DNA of 64,000 bases from the NCBI RefSeq assembly GCF_009914755.1, contig NC_060927.1; one strand, given 5' to 3'. Made by a program: the position numbers and the translations under genes. The notes below the pieces were generated by a model, which searched no databases, was not told the origin of the DNA, and saw only the letters and a list, made by a program, of their open reading frames with translations. The stretch comes from the human T2T-CHM13v2.0 reference genome, Homo sapiens. Positions 1-12,898 of this stretch are shown here, in pieces; the first letter of the stretch is position 1; each line of letters begins with the position of its first letter.

Positions 1-1814
1 AGTAGGGCCCTGGGTTCCACTAGCTCTGGCGGCTTCTGAGGGGCAGATGGCCCCTCACAGCCTGAGGACCCTGTGACCGTTGGGTGTCAACTCCCTGGAG
101 GCTTAGCACCTTGCGGCTGGAGAAATAACATAGTAAAAACCATCTGGCCAACAAGTGCTGATCACGTGCCAGGCCCTTTAGTTCTGTGGACTAATTACGG
201 CAACCCATAAGGTGGGGCCGTTGTCCCTGTTTACAGACAAGGACACAGGCATGGGGAGGCAAGTGCCCTGCAAAGGTCACAGAGCTTCTATGGACTAGAG
301 CCAGCGAGGAATCCAGGCAGCCACACTGTGGGGGTGAGGACAGGAGCTGTAGGTGCAGCCCCGGACAGTGGACATAGGTCCAGCTTTAGAGTCCCAAGGG
401 GCCTGAGTTGGAGCCCCGGCTTCCCCAAAGAGAGCTGTGTGACCTCAGGCAACTCATTTCCCCTGAGTCTCAGTTTTCTCTTCTGTAAAATGGGTATTCA
501 TGTGCCTATGAGCAACAGCAGTGGCAGCCCAAGCTGCTTCCAGCCATGAGGAGAGTTAGTGCCCATTCCTGAGCTGCTCGGAGACTGGCAGCCCACGGTT
601 CAGCAGCAGTCAGCTGCCCACCATCGTCCTCCGGATGTTGACTTCTGTCATAGAGCTGGCCTCCTGACTATAAGAGGACTGCCAGGGCTGCAGACACCTC
701 ACAGGAGGGCATCCCAGGCAGAAAGTGAGTGGTGGGGTAAGGGTTTCCCCTGACTTTTCACCCTAAAGGAGTCTTTCCTGGGAGTCATCTGGCTAATCCC
801 CTGATATCGCCTCAGGCAGAGCCAGGCCACATTCCCCCCGAACCCCCGGACCCAGTGCTTCAGCAACGACACACGAAGCTGAAGATATGGCTCCCTGAAG
901 CTGGGCTCATGCCCTGACACAGCCGGGGTCGGCCAGCAAGGAAGGAGGAAGACTGACAGGTGGCCGGATGGCCAACATTCCCTGCCACAAGAAATGTGTT
1001 GGGTCATCTAAAAGCTGAAAGCAGACCTTGGCTGTGGGCCCCGGGGGCACAGCCTCTCCTGGCACCATGTGGAGCTAGGCTTCTAAGGTCAGTCCTGACG
1101 GTGGAAACAGGGTCTCCCAGGTGTCCCCATACCCCCACGGCATAGCTGAACCTGGCAGCCTTCCCATGGTGAGTGTGGCTAAGTGACTGTCTTATTTCAC
1201 TTAGCATGATGTCCTCAGGGTTCACTGTTTCTCAAAATGGTGAGATTTTAAAAATGTAAGCACATGACATGGCATTTGACACTACAGAAGGGTAGACACA
1301 GTGAAGAGTAGGTCTCCTTGTCCAGCACCTGTCCTCTCGGAGGCCACCAGATCCCTGGGTGTCCTTCCAGACATGCTCTAGGCGTGTAAGTAGTATCCAC
1401 TGCTTTGCCGTGTGCTTACAGTAACTTCTTGAGAATCTCACCTACAGGCATGTATGTCCTATGTCTGTCTGCCTCTGTCTTTTCATTTTGAAAAATTCAA
1501 GCATATGCAAGAAGAAGGGAGAATAGTTCAAGGAACCCCCACCTTCCCACCACCTACTCCCACCTGGGATGACTGCGAAGCCAGTCCCAGCCTTGTGGAT
1601 TCTGTGACTATGTCTGAACGTATCTCTAAAATAATAAGTCTCCCTCCACCCACCCTTTGTGAAACGTTTTTTATTTCTTTCCCTTTTTCAACATAAATGT
1701 TAAGCCCTGTTCTGCACTTTGGTTTTCCCACTTAGTGTATCTTAGACAGCTGTGGGATAGTTTGAAAGGCATCAGGAGCATAGTGTGCACATGTGTGCAG
1801 GAGCGTACATGGAC

Positions 1815-2935
1815 AAACACACAACCACAAACACACCACACACACTGCACACACACACACATATGTACCCCACACCACACACACCCCACACACCCCACAC
1901 CATGCACACACCACACACACCGCACACACACTGCACACACACACACATATGTACCCCACACCACACACACCCCACACACTCCACACCACACACACAGCAC
2001 ACACACACCCCACACACCACACACACCCCACACTATACACACAGCACATACACCACAGACACCACACACACACCACACACATATGCCACACACACCCCCC
2101 ACACCACACACACACCCCACACCACACACTCCACACCACACACACAGCACACACACACCACACACCACAGACACACCACACACCACAAACACACATACCA
2201 CACACACACCACACACATCACACACACACACCCCACACCACACACACACACCCCAAACCACACATGGACCCTCCACACACCACACACACACCACACATTC
2301 CACACAAGCACACTACACCACACAAGCACACCACACGCATACCACACAAAAATGCCACACATTCCCACACACCACAAACACACCACCCACATGACACACA
2401 CTACACACACACCACACACCATATATGCCACACACAACACACGCTACACACACACCCCATACACACACACCACACACACCAGACACACACAAACACCACA
2501 CACACCAGACACAACACACAACACACACACACCACAGGTGTGCACCACACACACACCACATGCACACAGACATACCACCTACCAAAAGTGTGCACCACAC
2601 GCACCACGTGCATACCAACACACACCACACACACCATACAGACACACCACACACACACCACACACACTCCATACACATACAACACACAACACACACCACA
2701 CAAACACACACCACACCTACACCATACATACACCACACACACCACACACCCGCCACACATGCCACACCTGCCACACATGCCACACACACACAAATGCCAC
2801 ACACGCATGACACACACACACAAATGCCACACACGCATGCCACACACACGCACACCACACACCACACAGAGACATCATGCACCACAGGCACACACCACAC
2901 GCGTGCACCACACACGCACACGACACACACGCATT
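1815..2935 (+). repeat. Long degenerate (CA)/(CACAC) low-complexity tract
   Basis: About 1.1 kb almost entirely C/A, with internal duplicated blocks. It produces the spurious His/Thr and Cys/Val ORFs. Confidence 0.95.
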
Positions 2936-3049
2936 CCCACCCCACTGGCGTCAGACCCTCCCAAGCAGGCCCTGGCTCTGGTGTTCCTCCAAAGGCCGCT
3001 TTGGCCTCCTCTGAAATGGAAACACCTGAAGCCTTTTTTCTTAACTGAG

Positions 3050-3720
3050 AACTCACATACCATACAACTCTTTCAAACCCTACAATTGGTTTGCAGCATT
3101 TTTATAAGGTTTTGTAACTATCACCGCTGTCTAATTTCCAAACATTGTGATCACCCTCAAAAGCAGCCCAGTGTCAGTCCATCAGCAGCCCAGTGTCCAT
3201 CAGCAGCCCAGTGTCTATCAGCAGTCCTCCACAGTTCACTCAGGTTCTAGTTTTGGTCTCTCTGGATGTGACTGCTCTAGGGACCTCACTAAGTGGGACT
3301 GTTTGGCACTCGTCCTTTTGTGACTGTACTATTCGCTTGGCATAACACCCTCCAGGTCAGCCCATGTGGCAGCATGTGTCAGCACCGCATTCCTTTCATG
3401 GCTGAGTCATATTCCATTGCATGGATGGCCGCATACATTTGCCCACTCAGCAGTGCACACTTGGATTTTCTGGCTAATGTGAATATTGGTGCTATGAACT
3501 TCATGGACAAGTTTTTTGCATGATGCACGTTTTTAGTTCTCTTGAGAATATGCCTAGGACCGGAATTGCTGAGTCACATGTTTACTGGTTTTGAGGAACT
3601 GCCAAACTGCTTTCCACAGCAACGGCACCCCTTTACACTCCCACCAGCAACTCGTGAAAGCTCCAGTTTCTCCACATCCTCACCAATTCCTAATTGTCTT
3701 TTTAATTATATCCTGAAGGC
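3050..3720 (-). mobile_element. Old L1M 3' UTR fragment
   Basis: Motifs such as ggctgagtcatattccattgcatggatg and ttttgaggaactgccaaactgctttccacagc match antisense L1MA/MB 3' ends. Confidence 0.75.
3162..3225 (+). repeat. Short tandem repeat, about 18-bp unit agcagcccagtgtc(c/t)atc, 3+ copies
   Basis: Units visible directly within the L1 fragment. Confidence 0.85.
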
Positions 3721-4429
3721 TCTTAATGTAATTTTAAGAAGTTAAAACACTTTCTTTTATGAACTCTTACACAAAAAATCATAGGCAGGGGTGTTAATCT
3801 TGGAGATAAGAACCCCGGGTGGGGCAGGAGTGATCTGAAGAAAGGGGAGCTGGAAGCATGGAAGCGCTGGCCTGGGTCTCTACATGGCTGAGGCTGCGAG
3901 GGGCTCCGGACCTAATTCGGAGAGCGGTGAGGCTGCTGGCCCGCAGCAGGTGCTAGGTTAAAGCCAGTCGTTGTTCCTTCTCATAGGAGGGACAGGCTCA
4001 GAAGGGGCAGGCTTCCTGTCCCAGCGCTGAGATAAGAATTTGCTGGGGGAATAAAAGGAGTGAAGGTGCAAAGGAGAGTGCTGATTGGTAAGTACAGAAT
4101 CAGCCCATTTATTATTGAGCCAAAGCAGCCCGACAGCCCATAAGCGGCTGCAGTTTTCAATTGGGTGTGGAATTAAACAGCGCTGCTTCTTATGCAGCCT
4201 CCTGCTTTTAGTAAACATTGAAGAGTCCATGTGTGCCCGTACTCACACGGAGCGCACTCTGATGCCACAATTCCTTATCACTCCTCCTCTGAGTGCCCCA
4301 CGGCATACATACCCAGCGCGTCCTTCTCCCAGCCTCAGCAAAGTCAGAATCCGTTTCTCCCAAATCTCGGCCCAGGACAGATGCCCGGGCCCTAAACCAC
4401 ACAGTGATCAGTGACAGCCCTGGGGTTCG

Positions 4430-5620
4430 AATTTGGGTGCCCGGCGCAGCTCCTGCTCCCAATTCCCGGGCGCATCCCGCCGGGGCAGCGCCAGAGTCAG
4501 GGAGCCCGCGCTGCCCTGACGCGTCCCCCTGTCCCGTCTCCTGTCGCCCACAGGACCCGCGCTCGACCCTGGCGAAGGTGCACCGTCAGCGGCGCGACCT
4601 GCTGAACAGCGCCTGTAGCCGCCACTCACGCCGGCAGCGCCTGCTACAGCCGGAGGACCTGCGGCACGTGCTGGTGGACGACGCGCATGGCCTGCTCTAC
4701 TGCTACGTGCCCAAGGTGGCCTGCACCAACTGGAAGCGCGTGCTGCTGGCGCTGAGCGGCCAAGCCCGCGGCGACCCGCGCGCCATCTCCGCGCAAGAGG
4801 CGCACGCGCCTGGCCGCCTGCCCTCACTGGCCGACTTCAGCCCCGCCGAGATCAACCGGCGCCTGCGCGCCTACTTGGCCTTCCTGTTCGTGCGGGAGCC
4901 CTTCGAGCGCCTGGCATCGGCTTACCGCAACAAGCTCGCGCGCCCCTACAGCGCCGCCTTCCAGAGGCGCTACGGTGCACGCATCGTTCAGCGCCTGCGG
5001 CCGCGCGCGCTCCCCGACGCCCGGGCCCGCGGCCACGACGTGCGCTTCGCGGAGTTCCTGGCCTACCTGCTGGACCCGCGCACGCGGCGTGAGGAGCCCT
5101 TCAACGAGCACTGGGAGCGCGCGCACGCGCTCTGCCACCCGTGTCGCCTCCGCTACGACGTCGTGGGCAAGTTCGAGACACTGGTGGAGGACGCGGCCTT
5201 CGTGCTGGGCCTGGCGGGCGCATCCGACCTGAGCTTCCCTGGGCCGCCGCGGCCCCGGGGAGCCGCCGCCTCCCGCGACCTGGCAGCGCGCCTCTTCCGG
5301 GACATCAGCCCCTTCTACCAGCAGCGCCTCTTCGACCTCTACAAGATGGACTTCCTGCTTTTCAACTACTCCGCCCCCTCCTACCTGCGGCTGCTCTAGC
5401 GGTCCTGGAGGTCCTGTGGCCACGCGGGGCAAGTGCCTTTCCGACAAGACCCCCGGGGAATGCAGGTGCTGCCGGCCCCAGGACCCCTCTTCAAGAGCCA
5501 CTGCGTGCACTCACCTGGCCGCCGGGCCAGCGGGCGCAGGGCACACCTGGCCAGGCTTGGGGGCAGCCCATCTCAGGTGGCCCTGCACGCGTGTGCCTGC
5601 CTCGGCCTGTCGCCTGAGGC
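4430..5620. promoter_or_regulatory. Intragenic CpG island over the CHST13 last exon
   Basis: Very high GC content and dense CpG (cgcg, gcgc runs) compared with the CpG-depleted flanks. Boundaries are approximate. Confidence 0.85.
4554..5399 (+). CDS. CHST13: Carbohydrate (chondroitin 4-O) sulfotransferase 13, last coding exon (about aa 61-341, entire catalytic domain)
   Basis: Acceptor ctcctgtcgcccacag|GAC at 4554, then 281 codons and TAG. Contains the 5'-PSB motif [11 protein letters not shown] (4704-4736), the 3'-PB motif [13 protein letters not shown] (4887-4925) and the C-terminal [11 protein letters not shown] typical of the HNK-1ST/C4ST family. The N-terminal transmembrane exons lie upstream of the window. 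Confidence 0.97.
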   Translation, partial: DPRSTLAKVHRQRRDLLNSACSRHSRRQRLLQPEDLRHVLVDDAHGLLYCYVPKVACTNWKRVLLALSGQARGDPRAISAQEAHAPGRLPSLADFSPAEINRRLRAYLAFLFVREPFERLASAYRNKLARPYSAAFQRRYGARIVQRLRPRALPDARARGHDVRFAEFLAYLLDPRTRREEPFNEHWERAHALCHPCRLRYDVVGKFETLVEDAAFVLGLAGASDLSFPGPPRPRGAAASRDLAARLFRDISPFYQQRLFDLYKMDFLLFNYSAPSYLRLL

Positions 5621-6086
5621 CTGCTTCCTCCACTTGCTCCAGCTGACAGGCACCTCTCCAGGCCCCGTAGATGGGCAAGGACTTGATAACCAGGGTTTTA
5701 GGCTTTTAAAGGCCATTTTGGGGGTCAGCCCTGCCCCTGAACCTGTTCATGGTGCATCAGAACATAATGCTGACACCGGTGTCAGTGTGGCCCGAGCCTG
5801 TGTCCTCCCCACCTCGCCCACCCTGGCAAGGACAGCTGCGGCCAAGGACGAAAGCCCTCCCTTGGCTGGCCTCACGATGGGGCCGTCCCGGGAGCCAGGT
5901 GGGAGCTGCCTTCCACTGCCATCGGGTCTCCTCTCCTCTCCCACGCGGCTGGCCCTACCCAGGCGCCACCTTCGGTCTCAGTCTGGCAAGACGCTGGGTC
6001 TTCAGGCTCCATGCCAACAGAGCCCCTGGTGCAATGCGGTCACAGGTTTTATGGGACTTTGGTGAGCTGGGCGGTCATGGTTTTGA

Positions 6087-6092
6087 AATAAA
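6087..6092 (+). terminator. CHST13: CHST13 polyadenylation signal AATAAA
   Basis: AATAAA about 690 nt after the stop codon, followed by a T/GT-rich downstream element (tgtattttgttactttctgattttttgg). Confidence 0.85.
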
Positions 6093-6449
6093 TGTATTTT
6101 GTTACTTTCTGATTTTTTGGAGTTTATCTGCTTCATTGGGCCATTTTCTCTGGGAGACTGCAGCTGTCTGATCTCAAACCACTCCGTCTCCAAGCCTTTG
6201 TTTCCCTGTTGCCAAGTGGCATAAGAAGATCAGATGAGAGTGCCCACAGAGCCTGGGTACCTCCCAGTGGTGCATATAGGAGTGAGGGGCTACATGGGGC
6301 ATAAGGTGAAGAGAGTGCACTGTGTAGGAGGTGCTAAATTCTGGCACTGACAACTTGGGGAAAATCTACTCTTTCACCCTGACCTGGGCCAAGGACTGAA
6401 GCCCACACCAGCTCAGCCAAGCCCTGGGCCTTGTGCTGCCTCCCACCTT

Positions 6450-6605
6450 TGTGCGTGTGTGACTGTGAGAGTGTGCATGAGTGTGTGAGTATATGAGTGA
6501 GAGTGTGCATAAGTGAGTATATGAGTGTAAGAGTGTGCATGTGTGCATGAGTGTGTGAGGAATTGTGTGTATGTGTATGTGTGAATGTGTGAGTGTGGGT
6601 GTGTC
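6450..6605 (+). repeat. (GT/GAGT)-rich simple repeat
   Basis: Degenerate gtgtgagtgtgcatgagt units. Confidence 0.85.
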
Positions 6606-6807
6606 TTGGGCCACTTGTCTCTGAGCTCCCCCAGGGCTGTGTCCAGAGGCCCTGCCAGCAGGAATGGGGTGGCCAACTCCAGTGGACCTGGGAAGGGGCT
6701 GCAGCTGCCACTGGTTTCCCCATGAGGCCTCCCCCAGCCTGGGCCCTTCCCCCACTGGAGGGACATACAAAGCCCAGGGCCTTGCACCATTTCCAGCGTT
6801 CCCTGGG

Positions 6808-7244
6808 TGCTATGGTTTGAATATTTGTCCCCTCCAAAACTCATGTTGAAATTTAATCCACAATGTGGCAGTCTTGAGAGATGACCCAACCATTAAGACG
6901 TGACTGGGTCATGAGAGCTCTTCCCTCACGGATCAATTAATCCATTGGTAGTTTACTGGATTGATGGGTTGATGGATTAATGAGTCACCATGGGAGTGGG
7001 ACCGGTGGCTTTATAAGAAGAGTAAATCAGACCTGAGGTAGTGTACTCAGCCCCCTCACCACGTGATGCTCTGTACCACCTCCGGACTGTCCAGAGCCCC
7101 TGTCAGCAAGAAGGCCCTCACCAGATGCAGTCCCTAACGCTGGGACTTTTCAGCCTCCATAACTGTAAAAAGTAAATTTCTTTTCTTTATAAATTACCCA
7201 GTTTCAGGAGCTCTGTTACAAGTAACAGAAAAGGGACTAAGGTA
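6808..7244 (+). mobile_element. MaLR solo LTR (MST-type)
   Basis: Starts tgctatggtttgaatatttgtcccctccaaaactcatgttgaaatttaatcc and ends ...ctttataaattacccagtttcagg...gggactaag, both typical MST LTR termini. Confidence 0.85.
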
Positions 7245-9197
7245 CTGGGCCAGAGCCCCACTGTTTAGAGACAGGCTGAGGAGGGAAGGATGGGGCCTTG
7301 GCCACACTGGGGCCACTGTCTTTGTGAGGGGCTCCCTGGCCCTCACATGCTCCCTTAGAGGCCACACATGCTGTGTTCTAGGCCACTGTGTGTGCAATTG
7401 TTGCACACCCATTTTGATGACACATGCCTTTGTTCCCAGCTCACTCAGCTCCCACACAGCCCCCGATGGGACCTGTTTGCTGAAACTGACACCCATCTGG
7501 ATGTCTCACTCCCAGGTGTCTCACAATTAGATGTGCCCTGCCTCCTGCTGTCATGCCCTCAGCACCTGGACATGCTGGCAGTTATCACACTCACAGTCCC
7601 TTGTGTGGGCAGCTACTCCACTGCTTCCCCACTGATGCCCCCATGTGTACATGCTGCAGGCACCCAGTGTCACCCAGACGCTGTGCCCACCACATGCAGC
7701 TCTGTACCCTCTGCTGTATGTGCAGGGCCACAGCCCAGGCCCTCGAGGACTGAGGGCGCTGGGGCAGCTCTGGAGGCTGTCCTTGGGGAACTCCACCTGC
7801 TCTGGCCTGCTGTGGCCTGTTTCCTCTCTGGCTGGTGCCAGAACGTCTGTGTCCTCACAGATCACAGGCTGACCACCCTGTGGGATCCCAGCTGGATCAC
7901 TAGAGGATCCAAGAAAGACAGGGTCACATGTGCAGAGCTGGACAACACAGGGGGGTGCCCAGGTGATTCTCCATCTGGCACCTCCTTCAGGCAAGTGATT
8001 GTTAAAACCATAGTCCAGTGCCCACAAGGGCTGATAGCACAAACCCAAGGTCACGCGGCATTTTAACTTCCTTGAAATTGTCTTTTACTTCCCAGGTTTT
8101 CAGTCTCTTAAAGTTGGATAGTGCTGGCAGGACACCTCCCAGGATGGGGTGCCATTGCTGGTTTGGGTTACAGACTTCTTTAAAATAAGTGTAAGTGCTC
8201 TTTTGCTTTTTTCTGGCTTTCATTGTCAGGAAAATGTTAACCAACTTTCTGCAGTTATGGGGTAGGGCTTGTTTTTCTTTTCAGTTTTATTCTGTGGCTT
8301 TGTCATTCAGGCAGCTTCCTGAGAGGGATGTTTCCAATGCTTAAAATTTAAAATAAATCCCTGGTTTCTCACAAACAGCGAGATGTAATGCATTATTGTT
8401 TTGGAAGCACAGCCGAATGCATCTGTGGGCTTCAGCAACGAGTAAGACAGTAGCAGGGTGAAGGCAAGGCCCAGGGCTGCTGCATGCAGCTCCAAATGTG
8501 TGTCACCAGCACACTCCAAGGGGTCAGTGGGCCCAGATCTCAGGATGCCACCTTTCCCCATCATGCTGTGGCTCCTGCATGAAGATAAAGGTGCGGCTGC
8601 CTGGGACAAAGGCTTGATGACAGTCGTTTAAGGTGTTTTCTGTTATCCAGAGGAAGGGGGCTGAGGGCTGGTGGGACAGATGCTCCAATGGGCCACTTGG
8701 AGCCCAGGACCCTTCTCTTTTGTTGCTCCCTAGTCCCTAGGGCCTGGCCCTTTTCCATGAGAGTGAGCCATTCACTTTTCAAGTATCCCAATGTCAAAGG
8801 GAAAAGAAGGGCACCCAAGCTGGCTTTAAAGACACAAACTGGACAGTCCATTCCATTTCCAGTGCAATGCCATTGGCCTGAACCTAGCCCACTGTATTCC
8901 CAGTGGCAAGGGAGTCTGGGAACTGACAGCCAGTTTTAGGTCGGGTGCCTCAATGCGCTCCCTAGCATCTGCAACCCTCCCGCAGTCTCCCTCTGACCAC
9001 CAGGCCTCTTGGCCTGGGCACAAGAAGGCTGGGTGTGCAGGAGTTAGTGCCCCCTGGAAGCAGTCCTCACCTACATCTGTTGGAAGTCGGGCGATAAATG
9101 CTCCAGCTTTTATCCCTGCATGAAGGACATTGAGACACAATCTGCATGGTGCCCCAGATTTCCCCACGGGGACTGGGCACCAAATGCCCTCAGTGGC

Positions 9198-9580
9198 TGC
9201 TGTGGACTGAATTATGTTCTCCCCAGTCTTATGTGGAAGCCCTCACCCACAATGTGATGCTATTTGGCGATGGGGCCTTTGGGAGGTGATCAGGTTGAGA
9301 TGAGGTCATGAGGATGCGGTCTCCATGGTGGGATTAGTGTCCTCATAAGCAGAGCCACTGGAGAGTTCTCTCTCTCTCCCTCCCCGCCTCTCCCTCTCAC
9401 ACAGGGAGAAAGCAGCCATCTACAAGCCCAGAAGAGAGAAGAGAGCCCCCATCAGGGAACCAAGGCAGCTAGCACTTTCACCTTGGACGTCCAGCCTTCC
9501 TTGGAACTGGGAGAAAATGAACATTGTTTAACTCCCCCCAGCCTGTGGTGTTTGCTACGGTGGTCCCAGCAGACTAAGCC
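9198..9580 (+). mobile_element. MaLR solo LTR (MLT1A-like)
   Basis: tgctgtggactgaattatg...gatggggcctttgggaggtgatcagg...cagactaag. Confidence 0.8.
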
Positions 9581-10831
9581 GTGGTTGCCAGCTCAAGGGT
9601 ACATTCCTTGTCTGGTTCCGTCCCTTCCCTGTCTCCTCCCTACTTCTCTATGGGCTAACTGGGATTGCCTCTCACAAAAACCACTCACACTCCATCCTTG
9701 CCTCCAGAGCTGGTTCTGCGGGACTGAGGCAAAGAGGGAATCAACCATAAATCCATGATGACATGCTGCTTTTGTTCCACTGGTCTTAAATGCTAGGTTA
9801 GTTTGGATCCTTTTCTGTGGCAGTGCCGACATCAATGTTGTTGCATACCCTCCTCCTGCATAGGTGTGAGTGTGACTGCAGGATAAACTCCTGGGAGAGG
9901 GTCCACACTCCCCAATGCACCTCCACCGTGCCTCATCCTTTCTACCTGTGGATCTGTGTTTGACTGTAACTGCTCACAGCTTAAGGGCACATGGGGACCC
10001 AGATGGCCTCAGAGATGCAGGGCACAGGGCCCATGTTGCTATCTGGGCCACTGTGTGAGCATTTCTAAAGTTTATGGAGTAGCTGTGCTTAGAGAGTATT
10101 GCTGCACCATCTCTCTCCTGTCAAACATTTCAGCTGTCACCCGCTCCTCTGCAAGGGCTTCCATGCGGTGCAGCTTCCTGGGGGCTCATTTTCTTCTTTG
10201 CAGGAATAACATGCACATAAACCTAAACTCAGTGCACAAGGCAGGGGCTGCAAACACATCCCAGCTGCCCTCAGATTCTTCCTTTAAACGCCCAGGAGAG
10301 GAGGCACGAATTACAGACCATGTATGTTTTTATAATTGACTCTGGATTCAGGTAATGAGTTACCAACTTTTTCTACAAACCACCACCAGCTTTGCTATCA
10401 TGAGTGGAAGAGCAGGCAGCCAGCGACCCCTCCTGCTCCAGTCCCAAAAGCTCTGGGCCCTGCCTATAGTGCAGGTGTGGACCAGAGGGAACCTGGAGAG
10501 GCTGGGAACTCTCTGGAAATTGTTCTGGCAAGAGCTGATAAAGGAGGTGCTCAGGAGCCCTCCAACCAACCAACCAGCAAATCCTATCATGGGTGGGGGA
10601 GGGGAGACAGTACACCCCAGGGGACAGGGACAGGAATGCCTAGAGCAGCAGCACCCACAGTAGCACAAAGTGGAAACAACCCAGACATCTACCCAAAAGA
10701 GAATGGACACATCATGGAATGAGAAACAGTGGAAAATGAAGGAACTACAGCAGTAGCATCATCATCACATGACTCTTAGCAACTTGCTGTGGAGGGGAAA
10801 AAGTTGCAGAGTTTGACACAGTCTTATATAA

Positions 10832-11114
<283 letters not shown>

Positions 11115-12529
11115 AAATTATAACATTTTTTAAGTGGGGAGAAAGATGTGGTGACCTGATGGGCAGGGTACGAGGGACTCAGGGTGTGGTGAAGTGGGGG
11201 AAGGAGAACCCAGCAGGGATAAGAGTGGGTCTCGTGTCCCTGGTTATGCTGCATGGTAAACATGCGTTGCTGTATTTTGCTTATATCAAACAGTGCATAG
11301 CTTAAACCTCAGAGACAACCTCCTCGAAGCTTATACAGTCCAAATGAAGATCAGCCTGGCTCCCACCCTCACAGGAGGGGACCCCAGGGATCTTTGCTTC
11401 CTGCAGGTCTGTGGGTGCTGCTGGAAGCTGTACTCTATCCCCAGGCAAATGCTGTGAGTCCCCTGCCTGGACCTGGGGTCCCACCTGGGGAGGGAGCCTG
11501 GAGTCTTGGCTGGGGCGGCACAGTGCAGCCCGGTCACCCTTCCCCAAACACCACAGATGTGACTCCAGGGTCTGCTTCGTGCAGGTTGGGAACCCACCCC
11601 TGTCCTGCCCCCAGGGCCTGGGAAGCCAACCCCCTTCAATCTTTTCATCACAAGGGTCCTCACTTCACTTCCTTTCTGAGACAATAAAGCCACTTGCCCA
11701 CCTGGGGAGAAGACAATAAAGCCACATCCCACTCCAGGGAGAAGGCTGCAAAGTGTCCTGATTTTATTCACCCTCCCAAGGAACTCCAAGGTGACTTTCT
11801 AGCCCCTGTATTTGTAGAACACAGTGGGGGGACCCTTAAATCTTCAGCAGACACCCCGCTGCCCAGTGCTGCTGTCTTGCTTTACAAAGGCATCACCAGC
11901 CTCCAGCAGCCACACCACGCTCCTTACATTACTGATGTTGTAATACAGGAATATGGCATTAGGCTCATGTATGACAACCCACAAAATGGTGTGCCTCACT
12001 CTCGGTCCCGTCCCCAGGTCCCCCATTCTCCTCCTCAAAGGTAATGATTGCTGCCTGCTCCTCATCCACCGCCCTCCCCCCCACACACACACATACACAC
12101 ACCGTTTTTAGTAAACACAAGATGGCAGCATATCAGACACACTCTTCTGCTGTGCTTTTTAACAAAAATTGTAACAGACCTGTACATCATTCAGATCAGT
12201 CTATAAAGAGCTGCCTCTACATTTGAATGGCTGCCTAAGATTTCCGGGAGTAGTTGTATAATTTAGCAGTTTCCTGTGAGTGTTTAGCAAACAGTTTAGC
12301 TGCTTTCCAATCCTTTGCTGTTTCCAGCAGCACTGGAGTGAACAGCATTTACTTACCTGTGTGAGTGTACATTTGGGATAAAGTCCTAGAAGTGACATTC
12401 ATGCTCTTTTTAATCCTCACACCAACCCTGCAAGATTAAACATTATTACAACAATTTTAGAGATGAGAAAATGAAGGCTCAGGGAGGCAAAGTGATCATT
12501 CCAGCTGGAAGTGGGGTGGGAACTCGCAG

Positions 12530-12535
12530 TTTATT
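12530..12535 (-). terminator. C3orf22: C3orf22 polyadenylation signal AATAAA
   Basis: tttatt on + strand, about 150 nt downstream of the C3orf22 stop. Confidence 0.7.
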
Positions 12536-12687
12536 AGCTTGGTGTAGCTTTTTGGGGGGACCACAAACCACTCCCGGTCTATGATGGCCATGAAGGCTGA
12601 TCCCTTTACTAAAGTCTCTGTGGCTACTGCCCAGAGCCTGCCAAGGAGAAGGTGGCCAATAAGAAGGCCACACACAGAGCCCAGTCT

Positions 12688-12898
12688 CTAGGAGAGGCCC
12701 CTGGACAGCCCTGCCGCCTTGCTGGTCTGGGGGCAGGCAGCCTCAGTGTGCCGGGTGGACAGCAGGAAGGCGAGTTGTCTGGGGAAGCGGCGACTCAGCA
12801 ACTTGAGTTCCCAAAGGTTGCACAGTGGAGGTGGTGATGGTGCTGGTAGTGGTGCCGGGCAGGAGCCAGACGGTGATGTAAAATCTGGAGCCCCAAGC
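12688..12898 (-). CDS. C3orf22: C3orf22 last coding exon (LGAPDFTSPSGSCPAP...AAGLSRGLS*)
   Basis: Acceptor ggcttctctag|G, 211 nt. The three exons sum to 426 nt = 141 aa plus stop, matching the C3orf22 protein as I recall it. Confidence 0.9.

Noticed and set aside
1671-3250. Long His/Thr-rich and Cys/Val-rich ORFs (up to 485 aa); similar ORFs at 19289-20215 and 6334-6889
   Set aside because: These are translations of CA/TG low-complexity repeats, which lack stop codons in most frames.
4139-4194. Imperfect hairpin cataag...cttatg as a possible pre-miRNA
   Set aside because: The stem is short with several mismatches and bulges and does not extend into the flanks.
4293-4553. 87-codon N-terminal extension of the CHST13 ORF in the ORF track
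   Set aside because: It starts at GTG in intron sequence. A clear acceptor sits at 4553, and the extension has no transmembrane anchor.
4408-6171. Overlapping and antisense ORFs across the CHST13 exon and 3' UTR
   Set aside because: These are shadow ORFs caused by very high GC content, with no recognisable protein features.
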